A stretch of DNA of 64,000 bases from Eledone cirrhosa (lineage: Eukaryota), in contig OZ024740.1 of NCBI GenBank assembly GCA_964016885.1, positions 249,550,001 through 249,614,000 of the forward strand, read 5' to 3'. The first letter of the stretch is position 1, and each line of letters starts with the position of its first letter. The notes below the pieces were generated by a model. That model was not told the origin of the DNA. It saw only the letters and a list, made by a program, of their open reading frames with translations, and made no database searches. The translations under genes and the position numbers were made by a program. Of this stretch, positions 23,961-36,869 are shown in pieces.

Positions 23961-24333
23961 TTTTACGTCTGCTTTTCCCTGCTTGCAAAGGTGGGACGGG
24001 AACTGATTCTGGCTTGATTTCTACAGCTGGATGTCCTTCCTAACACCATCCTCATTTTACAGTGAGTGCTGGGTGCTTTTTTTCCGTGGCACCTACACAT
24101 CCACTTTACAGTGTGGGCTGAGTGCTTTTTTGCCGTGGCACCTTCACAACCACTTTGCAGTGGAATGATAGGGACCCCAGTCCTATCATCTCATTTCTAC
24201 AGCTGAGTAAACTGGAGCAATGTGAAATAAAGTGTCTTGCTCAAGGAAACAACATATCACCCGGTCTGAGAATTGAACTCACACCCTTTCGATTACAAGG
24301 CCAATGCTCTAACCACTAAGCCATGTGCCTCCA
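23941..24333 (-). mobile_element. tRNA-headed SINE with an RTE-like 3' end
   Basis: Minus-strand head GGAGGCACATGGCTTAGTGGTTAGAGC...GAGTTCAATTC; body ends GTTAGGAAGGACATCCAGCTGTAGAAATC...(GAT)n; headless copy at ~40077-40377(+). Confidence 0.75.
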
Positions 24334-24459
24334 TATATATATATATATCATCATCATCATCATCATCATCGTTTAACGTCCATCTTCCACGCTTAGATAT
24401 ATGTATATATATGTATATATATATATTAAACTTAAGCCAAAATCTCATTTTGGTGGGAT

Positions 24460-24980
24460 ATAAGATGGAAGAAGTTAAGGGAGCTGCTTCCTCTGTTGAC
24501 AATGAAGGTTTCTCCCTAAAAACAAAAGGTTGGTTGTATGAGATGTGAGATGCATGATCCTGCATGGTAGTGAGACATGGACAGCAACTGTGGAGAATAT
24601 GTGACAGCTGGAGAGAAATGAAGCAAGCATGCTCCGATGCATCTGCAATGTCAATGTGTGTGAACGACCAAGCATGGACGAGTTCAGAGTGAAACTGTAT
24701 ATAAGAGGAATAAACTGTAGTGTGCAGGAGAGAAGACTGTGTTGGTATGGCCATACAATGCGCATGGAAGATGACCACTGGGTGAAGAAGTGCCAAGAAA
24801 TCCTGGTGGAAGGAAGATGCAGTAGAGGAAGACCACGAAAAACATGGCCGGAGGTGGTTAGAGCTGACCTTAGATCGCTGAAGCTCACAGAGGAAATGAA
24901 TGAAGAAATGCTGTGCTGAAGAGGACCCGTCCCACCCTTGCAAGCAGGGAAAGCGGATGTAAAATGATGATGATGATAAG
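24460..24980 (+). mobile_element. RTE LINE 3' fragment
   Basis: LHGSETW, ERRLCWYGH, RGRPRKTW; (GAT)n tail. Confidence 0.88.
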
Positions 24981-25354
24981 CTAAATCGGCTCAAATAAGT
25001 TGGTTTTTATAATACCCCAACCATGGTTTCTGGAACTCAAGAAACAACATTGGCAATCCAAACATGCTTCCTTTGTTTGTATGTTGCTATTAATTTATAG
25101 CTTCTAGGAGTGACGGAAAAAAATTGGGTACATAGTTCGGCTCCCGTGTGTGCTGGTGTTCGCTTTTTTCTGTTAGAGGGGTTTATATGCCCCATTGTTA
25201 GACTATATTATAGTAAAAAATATTATGACGAGAGTTTGTATTTCTATCTCAATATATATATATAAGGTTTTGGCTCTACACATGATAATGCCTCTGGGAT
25301 TGCTGACTTAGGATGACTCCAGTCCCACTGGGCAAGAGCAAAGAAGATATATAT

Positions 25355-26730
25355 GGTTGATGCACAGAGGCAGTAAGCAGCAAGACCTTACAGGAAACAA
25401 GCTCTATTAAATGCTCAGAGGGCTCAGTAGAAGTTGTTGATAGCTTCTGTTACCTGGGGGACCAAATTAGCAGTAGAGGTTGGTGTTCTGAAAATACAGT
25501 AACCAGAGTGAGAATGGAATGGAAAAAGTTCAGGGAGCTACTACTGCTGTTAACCACAAGGGATTTTTCCCTCAAAATGAAGGGCAGATTGTATGATGCT
25601 TTGTATGAACTGTGTGCAGAGGACCTATGAAGATTGGAAAGGAATGAAGTTTGCATGCTTTGATAGATGTGTAATAGTAGTGTGCATGTAATAGTAGCAT
25701 CAATGAAATGAGAAAGGGGGCATAAGAGAGATCAGATGGAGTGAGCAGGAGAGAAGGTTGTAGTGGTATGGATATGTGATGTGCATGGAGGATGAAAGTT
25801 GTATAAAAAGGTGCAGGTCACTCAATGTTAATGGAAACTATGAAAGAGGAAGACATAGAAAAGCTTGGGATGAAGTGATAAAAGCTGCTCTTGCACAATT
25901 AACCTCCCAAAGGAGATGAGAGAATTGAGATCTCTGGTGTTCTGCTTTACTGTGGAAGACTGCCCTTCCCATATGCACAGGATGAAGCAACATGTAGAGG
26001 ACACTAGCCTGTAGCGATCATCTCTCTACTCCTTCCCCATTCACCTTGCCCTCACCAACTAAATATCCCACTCATCTTATCCATGTCTAACTTGCATACT
26101 ACCTCTCCTCCCCACCTTCCACACTCCTGAGGTACCTCTCCTGTCCTGTTCATCCCATGCATACAAGTATGGAAAGCTGGACATGCTCCAGATCTACTTT
26201 CCTCCTCCTATAAGGCTGCTGCCGTGACTAAAAGTACTTTGTTTACCTTGTGTGGTGATCTTGTGCCACTACAACAAAAGCACTCAGTCCATCCTTAAGG
26301 GGGTTGTATTGGTAACATGACAAGATGGTTGTGCTGGTGACATGACAAGAGACCCCAGTCCACTCTGTTGACTGCTCATGCTGATGACATGAGAAAAAAA
26401 GAACTGACCACTCTCTAAGATGGTCATGCTGGTGACATGTCAAAAAGCACCAACTCTCCTATAATGTGGTCATGCTGGTGACATTATAAAAAGTGCCCAG
26501 TCTACCCTGTCAGGTGGTTGTGTTGGTGACACAACAAAAACCAACCTGTTAGAATGTCATTTTTGTGCCATAATAAAAAGCACGTAGTCCACACTGCAAT
26601 GTGGTTTGTGTTAAGAGGGGCATTCATCTGTAAAAACAGCCAAAACACATCTGTATGAGCAAAACATGGTCACCTGACTTGAATCGTCTCATAACATGCA
26701 GGCATGTTAAATGAACATTAAATGATGATA
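25355..26730 (+). mobile_element. RTE LINE 3' fragment with a long 3' UTR containing a ~42-bp tandem repeat (26270-26620)
   Basis: VDSFCYLGDQISS, WKKFRELL; repeated AAAAGCACCCAGTCCAC...TGGTCATGCTGGTGACA units. Confidence 0.85.
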
Positions 26731-27076
26731 TATATATATATATATATATAATTGTTTATACTTTTGGCACAAGGCCAGCAATTACCCAGTGCATTACTGA
26801 TACTTTATTTTATCGACCCCGTAAGGATGAAAGGCAAAAGAACAGATTAAAGTTTAAGCAAAGAATCGCTGCTTTCACCCTTAATGGGATCTTCTGAAAC
26901 TATATATATATATTAAAGATTTAATGTTTGTCTTAACTTCCTGTAATGCATGCACAATGATAACCAAAACCAGTTACAAATCAAGCTAAACATCATATGC
27001 ACTGATGCAAACTTCTGTTTTGGATGTCTATCTGTCTTATGAACTGTTTTTCTCCCTCTCCAACTATATATCTATT

Positions 27077-28035
27077 TCAATCTCCTGCTCAGGTGAGTAG
27101 AGAGTTGGGGCATAGCAACTTACTAGCATAACAGAGTGACAGAGTCATTATGCGATCACTGACACCTTTGGGGAATGATGTTAGGGATTTAGCAGTGTCA
27201 GATCTGATGACAAAACCAACACCTGATTGACAGTTTTCCAGACCAGAAAACTGAGTAGACCTCTCCCAATTCTTCCATTTGGGACATGCCAGAAAGTTCG
27301 GTTTCGCTTACTGCACATATATCAACACTGTATCTGTTGAGTGCATTACAGATGAGGGCCGATCTTTGTTCCAAGATGGAGTCACTGTTCTGGAGTGTTC
27401 TAACATTCCAGGAACCAAAAGTTAAACATTTTCTTTTCCTTTGTTTTGACTGCGTGTTTGAATAACCAGACAGTTGTGGTTGACTACCAAGTTAAAGCAT
27501 TGAGCTCCTTTTATTGGGAAAGCAGTGCTATGTCTAAAAAGATCTGCTTTGTCACCATCAGAGGACAAAAACAGCTCAAGTTACTCATATTTTGTGCACG
27601 AACGACCATCACCCAATGATCGCCACAGTGTAGAGCTCCAGCTAAGGACTTCCAGTAATATCCTTTACTTGTTCCCATCGCCTTTGCTCTCTTGTCAGTG
27701 GGCTTTGTGTTAGGGAACTGGTAGAGCTGTTGAGCTACCCACACAAAAAATTGTTTACAGCCACAATTTTTGGAAATGTTGATAACAAAGGATTGGTGCA
27801 GAAGACTGCCACAAACCCAATGAACAACACACGTCAGGTATTGGAAGGCCGTTGAGATTCATGAGTTCTTCTGCCCTTTTAAGCGAGTTTTGTTTTTCAT
27901 CTTGCAAGGATATCAAACAAATCACACTCCTCACCAAGCAAGATTAGTGAGGCTGCTGGTTTAGTCGCCGACAACCCGACCTTGTGACTGGTTGTACTGG
28001 GTTACATGTTACCAGTAGCACTCAAAAGCGACCTG
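27077..28035 (-). mobile_element. 5' UTR plus APE endonuclease of a second RTE family (inverted 5' segment)
   Basis: Minus strand: LTFGSWNVRTL, VDICAVSETELSG, GVSDRIMTL, VSCYAPT; the upstream part matches the 5' end of the element at 46985. Confidence 0.85.
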
Positions 28036-29531
28036 AGAAATCAATGTGGTTCCCTCTCTGGTCAGGGTACTATTGACATGATTTTCTTTCTTTGCCAGGT
28101 TGCAGTGAAGGTTCATGAAAAGAACCAGGAGCTGTTTATGGTTTTTGTTGACCTGACCTTCACACTGTCAATTGCAAAGCTCTCTGGAAAATCCTCAAAA
28201 TGTCTGGCATACTGATAATATACTAATTATTATCATATCTTTCCATGAGGGCATGAAGCATCAGTTATATCAGATGGTGAATGCTCTGAACCCTTTTCTG
28301 TTACAAATGGTGCAAATCAGGGTTGTGTCATGGCTCATGTCCTCTTTGCTTTGCTCTTTTCAGTAATGCTCCAACATGCATTTGGCAATTTGGACACTAG
28401 TATCAGAGTTGAGTTCCGTATGTCAGGTGGGCTATTCAACCATCAGTGCCTTAAGGCTAAAATACTCACACGAACAAGTATCATTCGCGATTTACTGTTT
28501 GCTGATGATGCTGCACTTGTTGCAACATCCCTCAAAGAGGCACAGGAATTGATGAACCACTTTTCACTTGCCTGTAAGACTTTTGGTCTAACAATCAACA
28601 TCAAGAAGACTGAGGTGGTACATCAACCAAAGCCATCCCCCAGGCATGCAGGAGGCGTTAAACAGATGGGCTCAGATCAAAGGCATCCTCTTGCACCCAT
28701 ACTATTGATGGCAAGGATCTGAAGTATGTGAGCTCCATTACTTACCTTGGGAGCAAGGTGAACCACTGCATCGCTGGATGATGAGATTGTTAATAACATC
28801 TCCAAGGCAACTGATGCTTTTGGTAAATTACATCACCACCTATGGAGGGTCAGAGGTATGTCCCTGAGAACAAAAGTTGCAGTTTATCGTGCAGTGCTAC
28901 TGACAACACTCTTAGTGTTCAGTGTCATGGACACTTTGCTGCACCCACATTCATAAGTTTGATATCTTCCACAAACGCTGTCTTCTCTCTGTCTGTGGAT
29001 ATGTACTTTCTGACAGTCTCCAATGCTGAAATGTTTGCAAGGTGCAACATTGGTGGGATTGAGTCATTTCTGATGCAATCCCCACACAGATGAGCTGATC
29101 ACATCCTATGGACGTCTGAGGTCCACACACTTAAGGTACTGTTGTACAGTCAGCTCCAGGATGGTGTGCATAGTGTGGGCAGGCCACTACTCCGATATAA
29201 GGACAAACTGAAGTACAATCTTAAGTCTGCCAACACACCTCTTTCTTCGTTTGAAGCCATGATTGCCAGCCATAAAAGATGGAGGACTATCTGCCACGAA
29301 GGTATAAAGAACTTTGAAAAATCTCATTTAGCCCACTTCTGTGAGATGAGATCTAACACCAAAGTCTGGTTCCAGCCTACTCTGTTCGAGATCCTGTCAC
29401 CTGCACCAAATGCAGATTGATGTGTAAATCTGCAGCTGGATTGAAATGCCATTTAAGGCATAAACATAAAACAATGAACTGAAAAGACTGTTGAACCCTC
29501 ATACATCGAATCGATGGAAGAGTCCATCATC
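28036..29531 (+). mobile_element. RT and 3' end of the second RTE family (BovB-like)
   Basis: TIDMIF, FVDLT, DLLFADDAAL, FGLTINIKKTEV, YLGS, GRPLLRYKDKLK, C-terminal C2H2-like remnant; ends CCATCATC. Confidence 0.9.
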
Positions 29532-30249
29532 TATTAATTATCTGTCTATCTATTTATTCTTTGCAGTTGTTATTAATGAAAAACGTGATCAGAAAAAAAA
29601 TATTATACACAGACATGTATTCAAAAGCACACAAACATTCTCATTTTGTACATGCACGCATACACATTAAACAATACATATTTTAAAATCACTATCAATT
29701 TATTGTCAATTTTCATTCCATTCATAAACAAAGCAAAGGCACAATAACATTAAAAGTGATTCTGATCTTTTAATGGTTTCATTCATTTGCCTGGTCTGCA
29801 GTCATACTGGGGTGCTGTCTTCAAGAGTTTTGTTGACCATATCGATCCCAATAATTATTTCAATTTGTTTTACTGATCTCTATTTGCTGAACCAGTACAT
29901 TAAAGGATAAAAAGAAGATAAAACACACAAGGACACACATAATCTGTTTTCCTTGACAAGATATTGGTTAGTCGAAGGCTACAGTAGGAGACACCTGAAT
30001 CTAAAACTAGGTCCTTCTTAACCACACTGTCATACCATCGCCTGTATTAAACTATATACTTATTTCATATAGAATTTCTGTAATTTAGGTACGGATGCAC
30101 TGACCACCAACTATACCAAAGCATGTAGAGTTTAAGGTTAAAATTAGGCTTAGGATTTAAGCTTTATGGTTTACGGTTAGGGTTCAGCATTTAAGGTGAG
30201 GGTTAAATAGTGAATGGGAATTGAAAAAATGAAATTCTTCTCTTTTTTC

Positions 30250-31050
30250 CTGTATAATGCCTGCATACAAACTACAATACTACATGGCAATGAGACATGC
30301 AGAAGACCTGTAAAGCTAAGAAGAAATGAATCAAGATTGCTCCAATGAACGTGTAACATTAGTGTGCATGAACGTAAGCAAGGTGAGTGAAAAACTTGGT
30401 GTAAGAGGAATTGGATAGTGTCCAACCCCTCAGGCCCTGCACTAACCACTACACGTGTGGATGAGACAGACCCAGGAAGACATAAGAGGAGATAGTGATG
30501 ACCAACCTTAAAAAGATGACAAATGGCTACAAGAATTGACATTACACTATACTATGATTTGATCTGACACATCCACCTACCACTCCATCATTTGTACTCC
30601 TTAGTAGCTATTCTCAACATCACTGTATACTCAACCATCCAGCCTCCATCAACAATCGATCCTTAGTAGCTATTCACATCATCTATATACACCCACTCCA
30701 TCCATGCCCCCTCCACTATCAGTCTTTAATAGCTACTCTCACCATTACTTTACCCACTCTAAAATCCTGACATACCAGTCATAACCACTTTGTAGCTGTT
30801 ATCATCACAATATCCCATAACCCCTTATCAGAAGTCAGCCTCTTCCCTCATACCTATCACCCTGCCAAATCCTACTACACTTGCCATACACCCATCATTT
30901 ACCCCCCCCCCCCCTCCTCCTTAGTGTTGAGAGGGCTCTAAAGTTGAGTCAATGACCGACAACCTCTCTAATGAAAAATGCACCCTGTACACTCTGTAAG
31001 GTTGTTTGCTATAGGAAGGGCAGCTTGCTGTAGAAACCATGCCAAAGAGG
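30250..31050 (+). mobile_element. heavily decayed RTE 3' fragment
   Basis: YNACIQTTILHGNET remnant; 3' motif AGGAAGGGCAGCTTGCTGTAGAAACC at ~31015. Confidence 0.6.
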
Positions 31051-31785
31051 GTTGAAAGGACTTTTTAGTTGTGTCGTGGTTAGTGCAGGGCCTGGGGAGT
31101 TGGACATAATATGGATGATAAGAAAAAGAGAGAGGAGTGCTTGAGTGAAGGTGGCATGAGTAGATGCCATTGTAGTAGTGGTAAAAATGTGAGCATGTCT
31201 GTCAGTGACTTTATACCAATCAGATGAGTGGCCTTTTTCTGTAGTCAAGAATTTGTGACAGTAGCACTGTCTTGGATGTAGGATTACTATTCCACTGAGA
31301 GTCTTTTCTGAACATTGAAGAGAGTCAGAAATCGTTGGGGGCTAAAGTATTGTCTGACCCAGAAGAGAGGGGCCAAATAGTTTAAACACAGTTCTAGCTA
31401 TGTTTAGGATTTGAGTTCGCAAGGAGAGATTCTTAATGAGAGTGGGGTCTAGCATTTGGAGCAACATGAGGGCTCTTCTAATTGCTTGATGTTCATGTTT
31501 AAGGGCAGCCAGATGTGGCAATATTTTAGTTCTTTACAGATACAATTAACAAAGCAAATAAACAACAACAATAAAAATGAATAAAATCTTCACTGATTTG
31601 GCTTCAGTAATTCTACTGGTTTGTGGTCATAGAGAGGCAACATCTTAAAGAGTTTCAGTAATCATATCAATGCCAGAATTTATTTCAATTTATTACTTAT
31701 TATCGATCTCTATTTACTGAACTGCTAAATTATGGGACAAAAGCAAGAACACATACACTGAATATTAACGTGTTTCAATATATTT

Positions 31786-31824
<39 letters not shown>

Positions 31825-32556
31825 ATGTATATATATGTATATGTGTGTGTGTATGTATATCTACATATTTCTTTTCTAAAACAAACCATAGCAAATGCAT
31901 TTATAGAATGGCTAATTGTTTTAATGTAACCACAATTATTGTTACATTTCAGTTAGATTTTGAATGTCTTTGAAGAAATATGTTTTTTTCCAGGGAAAAT
32001 TCAAAAGAAATTTAAGCTAGTTTAATGATGACTACCATATTTTCTTTTTTTATTATTTTGCTAGAGTAGAAGAGGATAGCATTCTTTTTTGAGAGAATGA
32101 CTTTGGCAACATAGTGCTTTCTGTCTGATATTTTCATGATGCAACAACAATTACTGGTCCCACCCCTCTCTGCCATTTTCTAGCTTTCTGTGCATCTTTA
32201 AATCTATCTTTATATATATATAGCTCTTTTTTTTTTTTAAATCTCACTCTCTTCCCCATCTCTTAATTTATACCTCTATCTCCATCAATCTTCATATCTT
32301 ATCTTATGAAAATATAATTATATATAAATATCTTTTTATCTCTCTCTATATATATATCTAGCTTTCCTCCTACCTATCTCCATCTCCCCACCCTCTGCAT
32401 CTTTCTTTTTCCATATTTTCTGTGAGTATCAGTCTTTATCTCTCTCTCTCTCCCAATCTGTATACACATATATATCATGATCATCATTTCCTAATCATTC
32501 TTTCTGTATATATATAGACAAATATAGAATATTTCTCTCTTTATATATATATGTGG

Positions 32557-32870
32557 ATGCAGAGGTGGTTGAGTGGTTAAGAAGTTCATGAGGGCCTTCA
32601 ATGTGGCATCTTTAACAAGTGTCTTTACCAAAACCTCAGGTCAACCCAAGCCTTGTGAGTGAAAATGGGTAGATAGAAACTTTGTGGAAGCCCATTAAAT
32701 GGACTGTAGCTGAAATTAATAGCATACTGTATCACATTGAATCAACTTAAATTACAATCAAGGTACATGTATCTGTGGAATACTCAGCCACTTACGTGCT
32801 AACTTAATGAAATTGATGTTGAGTTGGTTGAACAACTGAATGCTCATAGTCGAAGCTGATGGGAGATACA
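32557..32870 (+). mobile_element. degenerate tRNA-derived SINE
   Basis: GGTGGTTGAGTGGTTAAGAAG head; AAGCCTTGTGAGTG..ATGGGTAGATAGAAAC body. Confidence 0.5.
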
Positions 32871-33514
32871 TAATATATAAATATCTTTTTTTTAAAACTA
32901 TTTGGTCAAGAAGTGAAGGGTAGAACCCACAATCCTTTTAAGGTCCCCTGAGCCTGGTAGGAAGGAAGAAAGAAAGTACCCTCAAGCTGGACACCTGACA
33001 TGGATGCTTACAACAGTTTGGACTCCTCTAAAGACTTTCAAGAGTCAGGAATCGGTATTAATCCAGTCAACGGATTAATTCAAACACTCACGTAAGCCAG
33101 AGTGAGATTTGAACTCAAATGCAAAGAAGTGAGACAAATGCTGCAAAACATCTCCTCCAACACACAACCCATCACCTTGGGCTGGTACTTTAATTTATGA
33201 AAGGCGAAGTTAACCTTAGTGGGATTTGAACTCAGAATGCAAAGAGCCTGAACAGATATTTGAAAGTATTTTGCCTTACATTCTAGTGACTGCCAATTCA
33301 CTGTTTATCTGTTTTCTAAATTTCTATCATTTTTCATAGATGTTGTATGTGTAGTGCAATAAACAGTCATTACTTCTAAGCTGATTACTAATTTTAGCAG
33401 GTCGAGTAACAAGATAAGGGCTTCCTTGTAAAATACAAATATTTTGTGACACATCTGAACAGTTTATGGATTTCATATTATGGGTGATCCTACTGTTAAT
33501 AACTCCTTGTTTTT

Positions 33515-33895
33515 CTATCACATTTAACTGTTAACTAATACTTGCTCAGCTATCACAATTAAATATTAACTACTCCTTGTTCAGTTACCACATCTAACTG
33601 TTAACTAATTCTTGTTCAGCTATAACAGCTAATTATTAACATCTTATTCAGCTATTACATACAACTGTTAACTGCTTGTTCAGCTATAAAATCTAACTGT
33701 TAACTACTTATTGTTCAGCTATCAGATATAATTGTTACATTCTTGTTTAGCTATCACCTCTAACTTAACTACACCTTGTTCAGCTATCACATCTATCTGT
33801 TAATTTTTGTTTAGATATCACATTTAATTCTTATCTACTTGTTCAGCTATCACTTATAACTGTTAACTTCTTGTCCAGCTATCACATCTATCTTT
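33515..33895. repeat. minisatellite, ~35-38 bp unit, about 10 copies
   Basis: Unit approximately CTTGTTCAGCTATCACATCTAACTGTTAACTACT. Confidence 0.92.
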
Positions 33896-34144
33896 CTTGA
33901 TATATGTCTATTTGTAGTTAGCTTTCCTGTATTAAACATGTTAACACAAACTTAATTATTTATCTGTCTATCTTATATTTTTCACTGCATATATGAGAGT
34001 CTGCTGAAAGGTTCATAGGCTGACCAAGATACTCTAATTGAATACTAAAGGGTGTAGTTTTAGGTTTCCTAAAACCATACCCTACCATCTTCAATAAAGA
34101 TGGGCTTGGTGTTCAATTATGGATGAACACAACCCCATCTTTAT

Positions 34145-35295
34145 CAAGAATAAAGATGGGCTTGGTGTTCATCCATAATTAAATTAACACGTCTAAGAAT
34201 GATTAGCATGATTTCATTATTAAGAAGGTCAATTTCAGTGTTTTTGGTGGTAAGGGTGGCTCCTGATGATAGCCACTGAACATCGTTATAATTATATTCT
34301 AAGTTCTCATACACAAAGTAAAAAGAAGTTTTCTTTACTATCAATCTGATAATGGACTGGAATTTCTATGACATCACTGTAAGTAGAGTTAGCAATGTAA
34401 GGAATCCTTCCCTCTCCTAGTTGCAGGAGCCACATAACATGATGCTCCAGATGTGAGTGTGAGGTGAGGTCATTGTTGTCAAAGCAGTTTTGCACTCTCA
34501 TGTTTATAGTCAGACAAAAAATTTGGCAGTGGTTCCAAATGCGGGACATTTTCAAGCAGATATTTGTGATAGTTGGTCCCTGTGTCTTTTGCACCGCTGG
34601 AAGGATTTGACGAAAATCTCCCTCCAGAATTAGTAGTTTGCCTCCAAATATTAAATTATTATTCATAACATATCTCAGTGTTTGGTCTAGTGCTTCAAAG
34701 AGATGGCAGTAAGATATGGGTGCAAGCATTGAACAGCAGGTGGCCTCTGTATCCATTGGAGACACATTGCAGGTTGAGGTGGCACTCACTGGTATTGGTA
34801 GTTTGTATCATGAGTGCAACATGTGGCTGAGACTCAGCAATGTTGCAGGAATGCCAGAAGATGTAGTAGCAAGAGCTATATGTTTGCTATATCCTGCCAA
34901 GATACTGAACAAAAATGTTTTATCTGTACCATCTTGTGATTCTATGAATATAACTCCTTTTTTATTGCTGTCCAATTTTCTTTTAATGGTTTCAAATGTT
35001 CTCTGATCTTAATTTAGTATCTGAATGTGATCATTATATAATAGACGGCTTCAGTGTCAGGGTCTTTTTTGCTATCATCAACACAGGCATTATTTCTTGT
35101 GGTCTGCTGTAGGCAAACCCAAACATATTGATTTTTGGTTGTATTGTGTCAGTTGAATGTCTAATGTACACAATAGGTAATTTTCTGCTAAGTCCAGGGC
35201 TACATTTTCATTTACATTTTCTTGTTGCTTTTGGTATGTGAAATCTTCACATAGATCAGATTGAAATATGTTGTACAACTCCAAGGGTTGTGGCA
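34145..35295 (-). pseudogene. Helitron Rep/helicase (PIF1-like) fragment
   Basis: Walker-A remnant ESQDGTDKTFL, ATTSSGIPATLL, EALDQTLR...FGGKLLILEGDFRQILP, LTINMRV, WLLQLGEG; frameshifted. Confidence 0.9.
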
Positions 35296-35305
35296 GTAGT
35301 AGTAA

Positions 35306-35357
<52 letters not shown>
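35295..35357. repeat. (AGT)n microsatellite
   Basis: Direct reading. Confidence 0.95.
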
Positions 35358-35358
<1 letters not shown>

Positions 35359-35419
35359 AATTCACTTTCAATTTCAATGTACCAATATTGCCTAAAGTGG
35401 CTCAGTAAATAAATATATA

Positions 35420-35635
35420 TATACACACCAGGTCTAAATACAAAGGGACCAAACTCCCACTGTCACTGCCTCCGTCTCTCCCACTCTTCCCATCTCTCAC
35501 TATTATGAGCAAATGGGGGCTCACGCGTTGTCCTCCCCATGGCCTCAGTGATCAGAATAGATAAGGCGTTTCTCTGGAGGATGGTGAAGGAGACGTGCTG
35601 GAAGAGCTATTCCAGCTTGCTGTGAAGGAGAGCAA
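35420..35635. repeat. dispersed GC-rich repeat; reverse-complement copy at ~60870-61045
   Basis: CCAAACTCCCACTGTCACTGCCTCC..TCTCACTATTATGAGCAAA..CTCACGCG versus CGCGTGAG..TTTGCTCATAATAGTGAG..GGAGGCAGTGACAGTGGGAGTTTGG. Confidence 0.8.
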
Positions 35636-35799
35636 AACTGTAATATGTGCACTAATAAATTTCTAAGTGAGAGAGTGAGACTGGAGTGTGTATGAGAGAT
35701 ATCATGTTGTTTTTTTTATCACCCCTTTCTTTCTCTCTATCTCTGTTCTCAAATATTCTTGAAACAAATTTCCCTCTCTCTATATAGATATATTTCTAT

Positions 35800-36615
35800 T
35801 TATTGCCACGAGGGCGAAAAGAAGGGGACAAATACAAGGGGGGGAGTTTACATAAAAAGGCGAGTAAAGAAAACAAATAACAAATATAAAATTAACAATA
35901 AAGTCCTCCGAAAAAAGTGTGCAACTCTTCTCCTCAGGAGCACAGAGAGAGGGTGCTCCCTCGTTCCTTCATCTTTTCCACCTACAGGCTGATGTAGAGA
36001 GAAGGCCCATTCACACGGGCCATTCTCACCACTTTCACCCACCTTTCATAAAAACGACTGGGGTGCAACACCTCTCTCTCCGTCCTGATCCTTCTTCCGA
36101 AATGATATCGGAAGAAACGGATCAGTTGTTGGCCAGAGAGAACGGTGCCTGACCTCAGTCCTTTCAGACACGTCCACCATACAACCTCTTTCACCATGGC
36201 TATTACGCACAGAAACACCGCCTCTCCTTCATTTTTGAAGGGGGGAGGTGGCTTAATCGTTACAAGGGCTTCGGTGGTCAACCGGATCGGTCCCACCCGT
36301 GACAGCAGTCGTTCGACATAGCCCCACAGATCGGCTATGCCCGAGCAGTGTACCAATGCGTGTGCAACGGTTTCCTCATTGCACATGCATCTAGGACAGA
36401 TCTTTTTGGCGGGGTCCCTACCCAGGCGCCCGTGTCTGTAGAGCTTTTCTCGAACAGGTAGAGCCCCTCGGTAGCACTGCCAGGCCAGGGACTTCTGGAA
36501 GGTGTCCATAGGTCCCGGGCTGAATGTCCTACCGAACAGGCTGGCCAGTTCGTCTTCCTCCATGTCTAGGGCTTCTCTGAGGGCGTCGTCGCACCTGCTG
36601 CGTACCAGCCCTCTA
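35800..36615 (-). mobile_element. Tx1/L1-clade LINE 3' fragment (zf-RVT domain)
   Basis: ORF 35982-36563: KSLAWQCYRGALPV...CPRCMCNEETVAHALVHC; AATAAA near the 3' end. Confidence 0.85.
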
Positions 36616-36687
36616 TATAGATAGCATAACAGATAGCGCTCTTATTTTAGCATAGATTACTAAAATACTTAATGTGCGGTTTTAAAT

Positions 36688-36840
36688 GGGACCTACATTT
36701 CACATCTGGCCTGGTGGTATTAGTAGCTTTGTGGGGGAGTGGTGAGAAAGGATACATTTTATATCTGGCCTGAGCCTATTACCAGCTTTGGGAGACTACA
36801 TTTCACATCTGGGCTGAATGTATTACCAGCTTTTCATGGG
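36688..36840. repeat. short diverged tandem repeat (3 units)
   Basis: TACATTT(C/T)A(C/T)ATCTGG...TATTA(CC/GT)AGCTTT occurs three times. Confidence 0.75.
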
Positions 36841-36869
36841 CCTGCATAAATACTTCCACAAACAGAGGC

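Noticed and set aside
23776-24043. ORFs with long IY repeats (also the poly-L ORF at 35090-35377)
   Set aside because: Translations of (TA)n and (AGT)n microsatellites.
24293-24994. 233-aa minus-strand ORF
   Set aside because: Antisense to an RTE fragment plus microsatellite; a shadow ORF.
33515-33895. Regularly spaced ~36-bp repeats suggesting a CRISPR array
   Set aside because: Units are contiguous and degenerate with no unique spacers, there are no cas genes, and the context is eukaryotic.
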